From NCBI RefSeq assembly GCF_018977255.1, contig NW_024704743.1:13704001-13768000 (forward strand): a stretch of 64,000 bases of DNA. The letters are read 5' to 3'. The number at the start of each line of letters is the position of its first letter. Within the stretch, counting starts at the first letter, position 1. The position numbers and the translations under genes were made by a program. The stretch comes from Callorhinchus milii (lineage: Eukaryota). Of this stretch, positions 54,801 through 62,891 are shown in pieces. The notes below the pieces were generated by a model, which did not search any database, was not told where the DNA came from, and worked only from the letters and a program-made list of their open reading frames with translations.

Positions 54801-57800
54801 TGTCCCCATTCCATTAAAAACTGCCATCATCACGCCCACCCTGAAAAAACCCTCCCTTGATGCGTCGCAGCTATCAAGCTACCGGCCCATCTCCAACCTC
54901 CCCTTTCTCTCCAAGGTCTTGGAAAGAGTTGTCGCCTCCCAACTGCGCTCTTTCCTCTCCACCCATTCTCTTTTTGAACCCCTTCAGTCAGGTTTCCGTG
55001 CTGCTCATAGCACAGAAACTGCCCTGGTCAAGGTCACCAATGATATCCTGACCATCTGTGACCAGGGCTCCCTCTGTCTCCTCGTCCTCCTCGACCTATC
55101 GGCAGCATTCGATACGGTCGACCACGCTATCCTACTCCACCGCTTGTCCTCCCACCTCAACCTTCAAGGCACTGTCCTTGAATGGTTTAGGTCGTACCTT
55201 TCTCACCGTCTTCACTTCGTCTCAACGAATGGCTTCTCCTCCACCCCCCGTACTGTCTCATGTGGTGTCCCTCAGGGCTCTGTCCTCGGTCCCCTCCTCT
55301 TCACCCTCTATATGCTCCCCCTTGGTGACATCATCCGCAAACATGGGGTTAACTTCCACATGTATGCGGATGACACCCAACTCTACCTTTCCTCCTCTAC
55401 TCTCAACTCCACGACCACCGATGTCCTGACAGCCTGCCTGTCCGACATCGAGTCCTGGACGAGAGACAACTTTCTTCAGCTCAACGTGCAAAAAACCGAG
55501 GCCCTCCTGATTGGCTCACGTCAGCGCCTCCGCACCTCAGGCGCTGACACCATCAGCATCCAAGGCTGCACTCTCCACCTCTCAAAGCCAGTCAGGAACC
55601 TCGGCGTTTTGTTCGACCCTGAGCTGTCCTTTCTCCCTCACATCCGCACCACAACTGGCACCGCCTTCCATCACCTCCGGAATATCGCCAGATTACGGCA
55701 CTACCTCACCCCTCACGCTGCTGAAACCCTGGTTCACGCCTTTGTCACCTCAAGGCTGGACTATGGGAACTCTCTCCTCGCCGGCCTTCCCGCCACCTCC
55801 CTCCACAAGCTGCAGGTCATTCAGAACTCTGCAGCTCGTGTACTGTCCCGCACCAGGCTTCGGGACCACATCACTCCCACCCTCGCTCGCCTCCACTGGC
55901 TCCCCATCCCCCAGAGGATTGATTTCAAGATCCTCATCCTCACCTACAAGGCCATTCACGGCCTTGCTCCCTCCTACCTCTCCAACCTACTATCCCCCTA
56001 CCTACCTGCCCGTACCCTCCGTTCCTCTGGCTCCGGTCTGCTCCACGTCCCCCGCCCCAACCGCCCTACTATCGGTGGTCGGGCCTTCAGCCTCTCAGCC
56101 CCGAGGCTCTGGAACTCCATCCCCCAGTGCCTTCGCCTTGCTTCCTCCCTTTCCTCCTTCAAGGCCGGTCTCAAAACCTTTCTCTTTGACCGTGCCTTCA
56201 GCTCCCCTCTCGACTCTCTTCCTCCTCCTCGCTCCCTCCCTTCCCTCCCCTCACCCTGACCATTTCCCCCTCCTCTCTCCCTCCCTTCCCTCCCCTCACC
56301 CTGACCATTTCCCCCCTGCTCGGGTCATGACCCAACTGTGCAGTGCCTTGGGACGTCCTCCTGACGTGAAAGGCGCTCTATAAATGGAATCTTGTTGTTG
56401 TTGTTGTTGTTGTATAAGGCCACTGCAGCAATAGACAGGCTTACTGTGGTATGGCACAAAGCCACCAGCTTGTATTAATTTCCTATGGCAATGAAGCACA
56501 AACAGACCCAAGAAGAAAACGATGAGCCCAAGAGCTTTCAAGGACACAACTGCATGCAAAGTCTGGCTTTACCTGAGTCTGTGTGTCTATGGTCCCTTAA
56601 CTGACTGGTAAAATAGTTTATGCACATCAGTGAGTATATGTGTGTCAGAATGAGAATGTGTGTGAGTGTCCATGAATGCGTATGTGTCTGCATGAATATA
56701 TGTGCGTGTGGGTCTGAGAGCATGAGTGTGTATGGTTATGTGCTTGAGTGCACAAGAGTGTGTGCATGTGTATGAGTGCGCGATTGCATTTTTTTTGTGT
56801 GCATATGCACGCAAATGCATTGAGTAAGTGTGCTTTGAGTGTTTGTGTGTGTTCATGCGTGTGTGTGTGTGTGTGCGTGTGTGATATTGAGCTAAGCATT
56901 GAGAATGCCCTGGAAGAACAGTCCCCAAACTGTTTTGCGCTGGGCCCTCCCTTCAGACGTTAATGTCCCACGTATGCCATGGTTCGCCTGGAAAATGCCA
57001 TCTTCACGGGGTCCTCACAAAATAGTTCGTCTCCCCCATGGCCTCTGGTCCCCAGGCTGGTAAGCCGCTGATATTTGAAATGGAGGAAACAGGGTTTATT
57101 CCCCTCTTTTCTCTCCCATCTCTGAGGACTGGTCTTTCCTCACACTCGCCTTCTCTTTCCTCTCTGACTTGGGCTTAATGTTGTTGAAACAAAATATTCT
57201 TACCCAGTCACCTCATCATGCTCCCAGTTTGAAACCCGCTGCCCTAGATCAGTCAGGCTTCACCCCTAACAATAACTTTTTTGAAACATGTGGAGGGGTG
57301 GGGGTGGTGTCGAGGAGAGAAAACAAACCCATATAACTTGTGGCAAGATGGCCTCAACTAAAGTCAAAACAATAAGTTGTTTGGCCAGAGATGATAGTGA
57401 ATGAGGCTTGAAAAGAATGCGGATAGATCAAAGAATGAAAGTTTTATATCATCTCTCCCTCTCTCTCTCCCTCTCCCTGTTTTTCACAATTCACCCCACG
57501 TCAGTGGAAATGTTTTTAAATTTATTTTACAGCAGGCATTAATACATGACCTCTTGGATTTGGCACTAGCTGTACATTTTCTGACAAATTCCATGATCTC
57601 AGTTCATGCACTGCAGTGCAATCCGCCCCCAATAAACTGGTAACAGCACTTCCATCTAGAACACGATGAACTGGAGGTCTGAAGTTACCTTTTCATCTAC
57701 TATTCAGCAATAACATGTACAAATTTAATTGGCTTTCTATGGGAGAGGTGTAGAGTTATTTACTAGAAAATTGCTTCATTGTCTTAGGCCTGCACAGGAA

Positions 57801-60800
57801 ATTTCATTGCTTTAACCCTAGCCTCTCCCTTTGTCTTTAGACTAAATCCTTGGGGTGGATTACGTGCGAGTGTGTGAACATGTGAGTATGTGAGTGTGAG
57901 TGCATGCAAGTGCACCTGCAAGTGTGAATGTGTGAGTGTTAATGTGAGTGAGTGTGAGTCAGTTGAGTGTGTGAATCTGAGTCAGTGTGAGTGAGTGTAT
58001 AGATCATTGATTTATAGTAAAAGTAGTTAGCTGTGCTTTACACTTGTTACAACTGGAAAGAAAGATGAATTCTAAAGGAATTTTGTATGTTCTGTAAAAT
58101 CTTGATTGACTCAATACAAGGAAACGCAGAGAGAATTCTCCCTGGCCTCTCTCTAAATGTTTTTCTATTTGAATTAATGTAACTGGGAGTTCGTCTGAAT
58201 CTGACGTTTCCTGTCAAGATTTTGAAAAGAGTAAAAGAGAAAGCTCTGAGCATCCAGGACTCGGGAAATGTCTCCGAGCAACAATCTGGCACGTGTTACA
58301 ATGCTTCCTGTTCACAGTTGTTTCTGAGCTTCTTTTTCAGTCCTTAGGGTGTCTGACACATGCAGAAAACCATCACCATGCTTTAGAGTATCCAAACCAA
58401 ACTGAGAATTCTATGCATCCCACCTACACATGGAAATTCCCATGTCTGGAATGGAATGCGCACTCTCTTGCCCGAAGAGTATTAGGGGTAGGTTGGCAAG
58501 AGCAAAGGCTTGGGGAGCAGAGTGTGCGTTGGGGTGCTTCTGGACTTTCACCAGCTAAAAAAACACACTACCTGACAAGCTTTCCAACTGCTTATCCAGC
58601 TAAGACCACCCTACCGGTTGGGGCTTTGGCTTGCAGGGTTAACATTAGCAGAGTGGGATGACTCTCTGCCCCCAATGTCGTCTGCCCCTCCATGTCCTGT
58701 CGATGAACCAGGCTTTCTGTGCTGTCATCAGCAGTGCCCTGAAATACCGCGGACCCATCTGGCTCAGGAACTGGACTATAACAGAGGGTTGGCATTCAGT
58801 TATCAAACATGTCACCTTGGAGCCAGATCGGCTCCCAGGAGACTCAGATTATCTTCACCCTTAAGGTGGATAGATTTTTTTCTGCATCACATTTCCAATC
58901 CTCACCACCATCCTCGAAACAACCTCAGCAATATCTGATGGTGGACAGTGGCCTGCTTACTTCTTAATTGTAAGACCTCAGGTCATTGATAAATACTGCT
59001 CAAACCAGCATTCATGTCAGAGAAATACTTGAAATGAAACAGTGAACATTTTAGAGAATATTTAACTTTGAAATCAGAAGCATAAAGTACAGCATAAAGC
59101 AGCCCAGAGTTGCTTGTTGCTAGGAACATAGGAACACAGGAACTTAGGAAACAATCTAATTAATTACAGCATTCAATCACACTTAAAAGCTCTGCATTTA
59201 ACCAGCGAAATAGATGAGGCACAATTTCCATACAGGGTAACCAAGATGTATTGGAATGAGGTGGCCTGGCATGTTTTATGCTGCATTCATATTGACCTCT
59301 GGATACACCTTGAGTGACCTTGATATTTCAGCAACCCTAACTTTTATGCAGTACTATTTCACATTGGTGGAATGTATCAAACAGCTTTACACAGTTGGCT
59401 GGACAACCGAGGCAGGCAGCTGCTGGAGTGGGGAGGAGAAAGATGCCAAAAAGCACGATTCTAGGTAAGCTTTGGAGCTGAGGAGGAAAAGGTCAGTCGG
59501 AGGGATTTCAGCGAATGGTAGAAAGTTTACGATCATAATTCTAGCAACCCTCTGTGAAAAAAAGGTTCTTCCGACCTCCCTCTTTTACAGCTTCATACTT
59601 GTGTTTGAAAACCTTGCTGTCTTTCTGGTTTTCTTTTTATGCATCTGTATAGACCTCTCATTGTATGCATATCATGATGGTATACATTCTGTAGATGTGC
59701 GTAACTTGTTTTTATAATAATAATAATCCTTGCATTTGATATAGCGCTTTTCACGTCTTCTAGACGTCTCAAAGTGCTTCACAGAATATGCTGTAAAGTG
59801 AATTGACGGTACATTTGTGGGCAAAACGGGGCAACCAGTTGCGCACAGCAGTGACCCACAAACAGTCTTGGATTGAAAATGACCAATTTATTATTGTTTC
59901 GTTTTGGAGGGATAAGTATCAGGCGTGTGGAGTAAAGAAACTTGCCCAAGGTTTCGCCCTGCCTGGAATTGAACCCAGATGTCTCGCTTGCAAGGCGAGT
60001 GCTCTAACCACTGAGTTACAGGACTCCACACTGAGCTACAGGACATTATATTATTTTACCTCAATTGACTCATTTGCCTCAATAATAGTGGCGGGGGGAA
60101 ATCGGGGAGAGAAAGTTTAGGAGCTTCACCCGTACATGAGACTTCTGACAAGTTTTCTTCCCAGACCCATTAGCATAAAACATTGCAGTCCGATTATAAC
60201 AAACTTCATCATCACATGAATTTAGTTATAAAGCGTTGCACTATGGATCCAATGGATCAACTACACAATTCCCATCCCCTGGGGTGGTGTTTCACACTAA
60301 AATGGCAGCTTTCTGGGTCATTAGAACATTTTTCAATGGAATACTCTATAAACCATGTTCTCCACTATAAAATGTAGTTTCTGGTCTTGGGCTTCTCGCG
60401 CTGTTACCCGACCCAACTGTGGGTGGGGCGGCTCTGGATGTGCATGCGAGGTGCGGTGCAAGCGGGAAATGGGCTTCTCTCTACTCGGGAGGCCCCACTG
60501 TTGTGACTGTCTGTGTGGCTCTATGTGTGTGTGTGTTTGTGAGTGTCTGTGTGTGAGTGTGTGTCTCTCTTTCTCTATATGTTTGTGAGTGTTGGTGTAT
60601 GAGAGTGTGTCTCTCTCGCTATGTGTTTGTGAGTGTTGGTGTGTGAGTGTGTGTCACTGTGTCTGTGTGAGTGTGTTCTTCTTTCTATGTGTTTGTGAGT
60701 GTTGGTGTGTGAGTATGTGTCTCTCTCTGTGGTTGTGTGTGATGCCGGCCAGGAGTCAGGAGGTGGTGAGCTCCTGTAGCCACACAGTCCTGAGTGTCTG

Positions 60801-62627
60801 TTTTGGTAAATCTCAAGGCCCTTCAGGCCTGCGCTGGTGTCCACCTCCCTCCGCATCACTCAAAAATGCCACCCAGTTTTTGTTTGAAGAAAAAATTCAT
60901 GATTCTTTTTGCAAAAATCTAACATTTGTTATTTCCTCATGTTCAGTTTTTATCAATAAATTGTAGGTTGGCAGTAAAATGTACCTCAATAGCACCAATC
61001 AACTTCACTGCAAATCAGCTTCTTTTTCTTTTAGTGCGGAACTAATAAACCACTTGTAGGCGAAATATGGCAGCCAATTGCACCCAGCAGCGTCCCACAG
61101 ACAGCCATGGATTGAGTGACCAAATTATTATTTTTATTATTATTTATTTTTTTGAAGGGATTATTACCCCCAGAAAACGATCCGACATTCGACTAACAAC
61201 CGGGTTCCTACTTACTGCTAGGTAAACAGAGGTGTGCGGAGTGAGAAAATTTGTCCAACGTTTTGCCCTGCTGGCAATCAAACCCAGGGACTCTTGCTTG
61301 CGAGGCGAGTGCTCTAACCACGGAGCTGCAGGACTATTTGGGATGTTTTAGTATGACAGATTAAACTTGGTATTGCTCCCCAGAGAGTTGTCTCCTGACT
61401 TCAGATTAGGAATTCAACGCTTGATTAAACAGTTCAACGAGAAGCCAGCAATGGAAGTATTCTGCTGTAGCTGTACCAGAATCAGAGAATGAGCTTCCTC
61501 AGTTGAATTTCCCAGCTAGGCTAGCCCTCGTTTTGCTGTCAATGCAATTTCCCTTGTTATTGAAATAAAGGGAAACACCAAGCAAAATGAATCACTGGAT
61601 TGTTGTTATAAACCCTTTCCTTGACAGACGTGCTGCTTTAATAGCTGCAACCAAAATAAACTCTGAACCACAGGAGATAATGTTCGTTACTCTCTGCCTG
61701 AAGTAGGAATGCTTCAAAAAGCTGTAAAAGTGAATTTAAGGTTAATGACACACAAGGCAGGCCTCTGTCTGGATTTCAGTTCCAAAATACAAATAAAACC
61801 TTGCTAGCTTATGAATTCAAGATGCATTACAACAACACTCCACTTTGTGGAGTCCCATAGCATAGTGCGCAGTGTGCCCACCTCGCAAGCGTGAGGACCC
61901 GGGTTCAATTCTCGGGCAGGAAGTTTCCTTACTCCACCCGCCTCTGTTCACCTAGCAGTAAGTAGGAACCTGGTTGTTAGTCAATTGGCAGATCGCTTTC
62001 TGGGGGTAATAATCCCTCCGAAAACAATATTTGGTCACTCAATCCATGGTTGTATGTGGGGCACTGCTGTGCACAATTGGCTGCCCTGTTTCGCCCAAAA
62101 AATAAACAGTCAATCCACTTTACAATGTATTGTGTGAAACGCTTTGAAACGTTTCAATGACATGATAAGGCGCTAGATCAAATGCAAGGTTATTATTATT
62201 ATAACACAGCTTACACTAACATACTGCCTTTCACATTGGATAATGTCGTGGAGCACTTTACAGGGATGGTAAGGAAACCCAAGCAAGATGGGAAATGTGA
62301 AAGGGGTGGAGGCAAATGGTAAGAGGGAAATGACTGAAGGCATAGTCGCAGAGGTAGAATTTTAGAAGAGTTTTGAAAACAGGGTGGGAGTGGGAGAGGG
62401 AGGTGGGGAGTTTGTGAGGGAGATCCAGGGAACAGCAGAGCAAGGCTGAAAGCTTTGTTATATAAGAGTCACCAACCTTCTGCCACATTTTGATGAAGAA
62501 TAGCTCCTGAGAGAAGTTAAAGAAAACATTGGTGTCGTATGCGTCATCGCCTGCATTTCGAATGGTGATGTTGACAGAGATGTTCTTCACAGCCCCCAGT
62601 GCCAGGAAAGGCTTATGCTCCATAGAA
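716..62627 (-). CDS. ITGA9: Integrin alpha-9, 3' portion (11 coding exons; gene continues beyond window end)
   Basis: Exons 62477-62627, 39782-39868, 36399-36478, 26745-26834, 25417-25519, 21368-21475, 17354-17479, 16026-16145, 15202-15303, 9754-9873 and 716-814 all have AG/GT borders and join in phase (1186 nt). The translation matches recalled vertebrate ITGA9 ([10 protein letters not shown]..., [75 protein letters not shown]). Confidence 0.96.
1401..1986 (+). mobile_element. CR1 3' fragment inserted in a Deu-type SINE
   Basis: CR1 C-terminal coding remnants plus the tail 'ggactggttgggccg..tggcct'. SINE halves lie at 1139-1400 and 1987-2126; TGAAC occurs at both junctions. Confidence 0.8.
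3400..3790 (+). mobile_element. Highly decayed CR1 RT remnant
   Basis: DF.KAFDK-like segment at 3465-3486 and later DLGV.VD-like remnants. Confidence 0.5.
5310..6128 (+). mobile_element. Internally deleted L2 fragment
   Basis: Matches full-length copy ~55010-55485, then jumps at ~5822 to ~56025-56390. Confidence 0.85.
6483..7258 (-). mobile_element. CR1 LINE 3' fragment
   Basis: [42 protein letters not shown]. Confidence 0.9.
7723..8642 (+). mobile_element. Decayed L2 3' fragment inserted into a minus-strand SINE
   Basis: [39 protein letters not shown] body lies at 7482-7722 and its head at 8645-8702. Confidence 0.85.
9130..9240. repeat. Degenerate ~27-bp pyrimidine-rich minisatellite
   Basis: Repeated 'tcaccctctccacatcctgtccca'. 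Confidence 0.75.
9754..9873 (-). CDS. ITGA9: ITGA9 transmembrane exon (120 nt): [40 protein letters not shown]
   Basis: Acceptor ctttatatttag|GTG, donor AAG|gtaagt. Hydrophobic helix ending in WK. Confidence 0.96.
15202..15303 (-). CDS. ITGA9: ITGA9 exon (102 nt): [34 protein letters not shown]
   Basis: Acceptor tctgatctacag|GAC, donor ACA|gtgagt. Confidence 0.93.
16026..16145 (-). CDS. ITGA9: ITGA9 exon (120 nt): [40 protein letters not shown]
   Basis: Acceptor gttttattag|GAC, donor AAG|gtgagg; conserved Cys spacing. Confidence 0.94.
16410..16865 (+). mobile_element. CR1 3' fragment
   Basis: Remnants of [18 protein letters not shown] and a typical CR1 3' UTR. Confidence 0.8.
17354..17479 (-). 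CDS. ITGA9: ITGA9 exon (126 nt): [42 protein letters not shown]
   Basis: Acceptor ttcttaattcag|ATC, donor GTG|gtgagt. Confidence 0.95.
17699..18480 (-). mobile_element. Decayed L2 3' fragment
   Basis: [16 protein letters not shown], (CAA)n tail at ~17699. Confidence 0.85.
21368..21475 (-). CDS. ITGA9: ITGA9 exon (108 nt): [36 protein letters not shown]
   Basis: Acceptor ttttatactaaag|GTT, donor GTG|gtgagt. Contains the calf-2 N.GPS motif. Confidence 0.93.
21520..21945 (-). mobile_element. Older L2 3' fragment
   Basis: Homologous to the C-terminal L2 ORF region ([13 protein letters not shown]...LHWLP). Confidence 0.75.
22170..22710 (+). repeat. Family C repeat, long copy
   Basis: Shared blocks 'tgttaac.ctgcaagccaaagccc', 'aagcttgtcagg', 'gagagtg.gcat.cca..ccagaca', 'tgtgtcaga.accc'. 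Confidence 0.8.
25417..25519 (-). CDS. ITGA9: ITGA9 exon (103 nt): [34 protein letters not shown]
   Basis: Acceptor cattcatgcag|A, donor CAG|gtaagc; phase 2-0. Confidence 0.93.
25985..26152. repeat. Imperfect ~168-bp palindrome centred on GAATTC
   Basis: agaaattccatctgggtct..ttactctattt..caacattttgga pairs with tccgaaatgtta..aaataaagtaa..agatccaggtggaatttct. Confidence 0.75.
26520..26702. repeat. Degenerate tandem repeat
   Basis: Repeated 'actgtaacagtaactatcagtc'-like units. Confidence 0.6.
26745..26834 (-). CDS. ITGA9: ITGA9 exon (90 nt): [29 protein letters not shown](G)
   Basis: Acceptor ttctgcag|T, donor GG|gtaaat; phase 2-2. Confidence 0.94.
27163..27570 (-). repeat. Family C repeat
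   Basis: Same blocks; ends in ...acacccggctgaacaaaaa on the minus strand. Confidence 0.8.
28962..29267 (-). mobile_element. SINE family A, short subfamily
   Basis: Reverse complement aligns with 62892-63211. Confidence 0.85.
29396..29841. mobile_element. MITE-like element with ~130-bp imperfect inverted arms
   Basis: 29396-29528 is the imperfect reverse complement of 29716-29841 (e.g. ctgttctggatgtgattca / tgaatcacatccagaacag). Confidence 0.75.
30060..30490 (+). mobile_element. Old CR1 3' fragment
   Basis: Y.ALV.PHLE.C.Q and FF.QRVIN.WN.L remnants. Confidence 0.7.
32036..32402 (-). mobile_element. SINE family B copy
   Basis: Head at 32345-32402, Deu-like core, tail stem-loop at 32065-32103. 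Confidence 0.8.
32592..32990 (+). mobile_element. SINE family A, long subfamily, with ~50-bp internal insertion
   Basis: Head plus the 'ctagcagtaagtaggaacctggttgttagtcgattggcagatc' block plus L2-like tail. Confidence 0.85.
36399..36478 (-). CDS. ITGA9: ITGA9 exon (80 nt): [26 protein letters not shown](S)
   Basis: Acceptor tcctacag|TAT, donor AG|gtaagg; phase 0-2. Confidence 0.94.
38895..39265 (-). mobile_element. SINE family A, long subfamily (a head-only copy also lies at 38301-38412, minus)
   Basis: Same head, internal block and tail. Confidence 0.85.
39782..39868 (-). CDS. ITGA9: ITGA9 exon (87 nt): [29 protein letters not shown]
   Basis: Acceptor tttcatttcag|GAA, donor AAG|gtacag; phase 0-0. 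Confidence 0.95.
41828..42139 (+). mobile_element. SINE family A, short subfamily
   Basis: Near-identical to 62900-63211. Confidence 0.9.
42786..43235 (+). mobile_element. SINE family B (Deu-domain, SacSINE1-like)
   Basis: tRNA-like head 'tcagttggtagca.tctcg..tctgagtcagaa', central block 'gtcagaggtgctgtccttcagat...gttaaacc...gatcccatgg...ggtgtcctg.cca' resembling the recalled Deu domain, and L2-like tail. Further copies at about 1139-2126(-), 9995-10262(-), 12585-12940(-), 15598-15830(-), 24690-25050(-), 40383-40652(-), 50505-50835(+), 51690-51910(-), 52330-52480(-). Confidence 0.75.
43500..47215 (+). mobile_element. Decayed CR1 LINE RT/3' region, split by the L2 insertion (43500-44359 + 46676-47215)
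   Basis: [73 protein letters not shown]. Confidence 0.9.
44360..46675 (-). mobile_element. 5'-truncated, frameshifted L2 LINE nested in a CR1 LINE
   Basis: Fragments translate to L2 RT motifs ([36 protein letters not shown]). (CAA)n tail at 44360; AAATA duplicated at 44355-44359 and 46676-46680. Confidence 0.9.
49097..49463 (-). mobile_element. SINE family B copy
   Basis: Same architecture as 32036-32402. Confidence 0.8.
49485..49620. repeat. Degenerate ~25-30-bp minisatellite
   Basis: Repeated 'tgtaaactgtgc....gacacacac'. Confidence 0.7.
50330..50490 (-). mobile_element. Short CR1 fragment
   Basis: LFP.VGES.TR.. and 'cagagggtaaagagattgtggaactcattaccc' CR1 signature. Confidence 0.65.
52690..56412 (+). 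mobile_element. Apparently full-length L2-clade LINE with a single long ORF, antisense within an ITGA9 intron
   Basis: GC-rich ~310-nt leader, uninterrupted APE-RT ORF, 3' UTR with a two-unit ~45-nt tandem repeat, terminal stem-loop (56342-56377) and (TTG)n tail. Flanked by TATAA at 52685-52689 and 56413-56417. Confidence 0.9.
52999..56259 (+). CDS. L2 LINE ORF2-type protein: apurinic endonuclease + reverse transcriptase (~1086 aa from ATG 52999)
   Basis: APE motifs QNVRSL, ALTETWL, GGGVALI, YRPP, LGDFNLH, LDLVI, SDH. RT motifs [35 protein letters not shown]2-type C-terminus LHWLPI..RI.FK, GGRAFS..AP.LWNS. No internal stops. Confidence 0.95.
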   Translation: MAAALTRAPSPPPSLPPPLSPQTLPPLHLSRSLLLSLRPSRLLSPLDPPTTSLCSSLGILRRAHRGTRRWLSSSSHTDCPIPHHSRQPPRTQTRGVNLSSLIPISPTPASQPGPPSPPTHPSVNRSLHIGLQNVRSLCNKALVINDLILDENVDIMALTETWLTPGDTFPLTEATPPGYTSHHIPRPNRRGGGVALISRTPLALSPYSTGSFPSFEHLTLSHPSFLSLKILLLYRPPKTSPTFISDISTLLTSLCLCSDRLIILGDFNLHFTPSCSISTDFSSLLSSLNLSLHINSPTHSHGHPLDLVITRGLSVSDVTITDKAISDHYFISFTTSTPLPTSTRPTTIFYRPWKKLPPQSLTDALESSELLSLWPSTLTDPSSPLSLLHNILSSTLDTLAPITSRTVSYSRSSPWYTTHLRSLKCQVRAAERTFVKSGLTVHRQIWLDLLKIYRSTLASAKSSFYSRIILEAKNNPRLLFSTTSRLLRPPRHPAQVISSNLHCEEMLDFLESKIKGIRSAVTSPPTSTHHPPLPSHTPTPTHPPLHTFVPVSPPSVTELILSLKPTTCSLDPIPTPLLISQLHFLVPHITDIINLSLSSGSVPIPLKTAIITPTLKKPSLDASQLSSYRPISNLPFLSKVLERVVASQLRSFLSTHSLFEPLQSGFRAAHSTETALVKVTNDILTICDQGSLCLLVLLDLSAAFDTVDHAILLHRLSSHLNLQGTVLEWFRSYLSHRLHFVSTNGFSSTPRTVSCGVPQGSVLGPLLFTLYMLPLGDIIRKHGVNFHMYADDTQLYLSSSTLNSTTTDVLTACLSDIESWTRDNFLQLNVQKTEALLIGSRQRLRTSGADTISIQGCTLHLSKPVRNLGVLFDPELSFLPHIRTTTGTAFHHLRNIARLRHYLTPHAAETLVHAFVTSRLDYGNSLLAGLPATSLHKLQVIQNSAARVLSRTRLRDHITPTLARLHWLPIPQRIDFKILILTYKAIHGLAPSYLSNLLSPYLPARTLRSSGSGLLHVPRPNRPTIGGRAFSLSAPRLWNSIPQCLRLASSLSSFKAGLKTFLFDRAFSSPLDSLPPPRSLPSLPSP
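56620..56884. repeat. TG-rich microsatellite/low complexity (similar tracts at 57860-58000 and 60500-60740)
   Basis: (TG)n and (TGAG)n-type degenerate arrays. Confidence 0.85.
58335..58873 (-). repeat. Unnamed dispersed non-coding repeat (family C), long copy
   Basis: Aligns with 22170-22710(+), 27163-27570(-), 31905-32010(+), 34620-34849(+), 36035-36290(+), 40240-40350(+), 52003-52170(-). Confidence 0.8.
59713..60030 (-). mobile_element. SINE family A, short subfamily
   Basis: Reverse complement aligns with 62892-63211. Confidence 0.88.
61050..61335 (-). mobile_element. SINE family A, long subfamily, tail missing
   Basis: Head and internal block on the minus strand. Confidence 0.85.
61846..62202 (+). 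mobile_element. SINE family A, long subfamily
   Basis: Head, internal block, stem-loop and (TTA)n tail. Confidence 0.85.
62477..62627 (-). CDS. ITGA9: ITGA9 exon (151 nt): [50 protein letters not shown]
   Basis: Acceptor ttctaatttctag|T, donor AAG|gttggt. Contains the integrin calf-1 motif N.GDDAY. Confidence 0.93.
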
Positions 62628-62812
62628 CTAGAAATTAGAAAACAAGAGGTCAGTAACGTCTCCTCATGAAGACAGGAGGGCAGGCCTTCCTGAAGTGCAG
62701 TCCAGTGTTTTGAGTTAATAAGCTGATCCTGGATACTCACAAGTATCAACTACAGTTTCATAGTCGTTTCATCCAACTGATTTCTACTGGTTAATATTAT
62801 TGTCAGGTTGCA

Positions 62813-62881
62813 AACAAATAATAATAATCTTTGTATTTGGTATAGTACCTATACCAAATACAAAGATTATTATTATTTGTT
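62813..62881. repeat. Perfect 33-bp inverted repeat with 3-nt loop
   Basis: aacaaataataataatctttgtatttggtatag-tac-ctataccaaatacaaagattattattatttgtt. Confidence 0.97.
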
Positions 62882-62891
62882 GGACTTCTAT

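Noticed and set aside
55511..56383. 290-aa alternative-frame ORF and several antisense ORFs inside the LINE
   Set aside because: Pro/Ser low-complexity shadow frames caused by the extreme C-rich bias of the L2 ORF.
58705..58737. CTGATGA-cagcaca-GAAA on the minus strand, resembling a hammerhead ribozyme core
   Set aside because: No stem II pairing or R-Y closing pair, and the motif is absent from the homologous copy near 22320-22345.
62258..62749. 163-aa ORF as a standalone gene
   Set aside because: Only 62477-62627 is integrin-like and bounded by splice sites; the rest is open intronic or L2-tail sequence.
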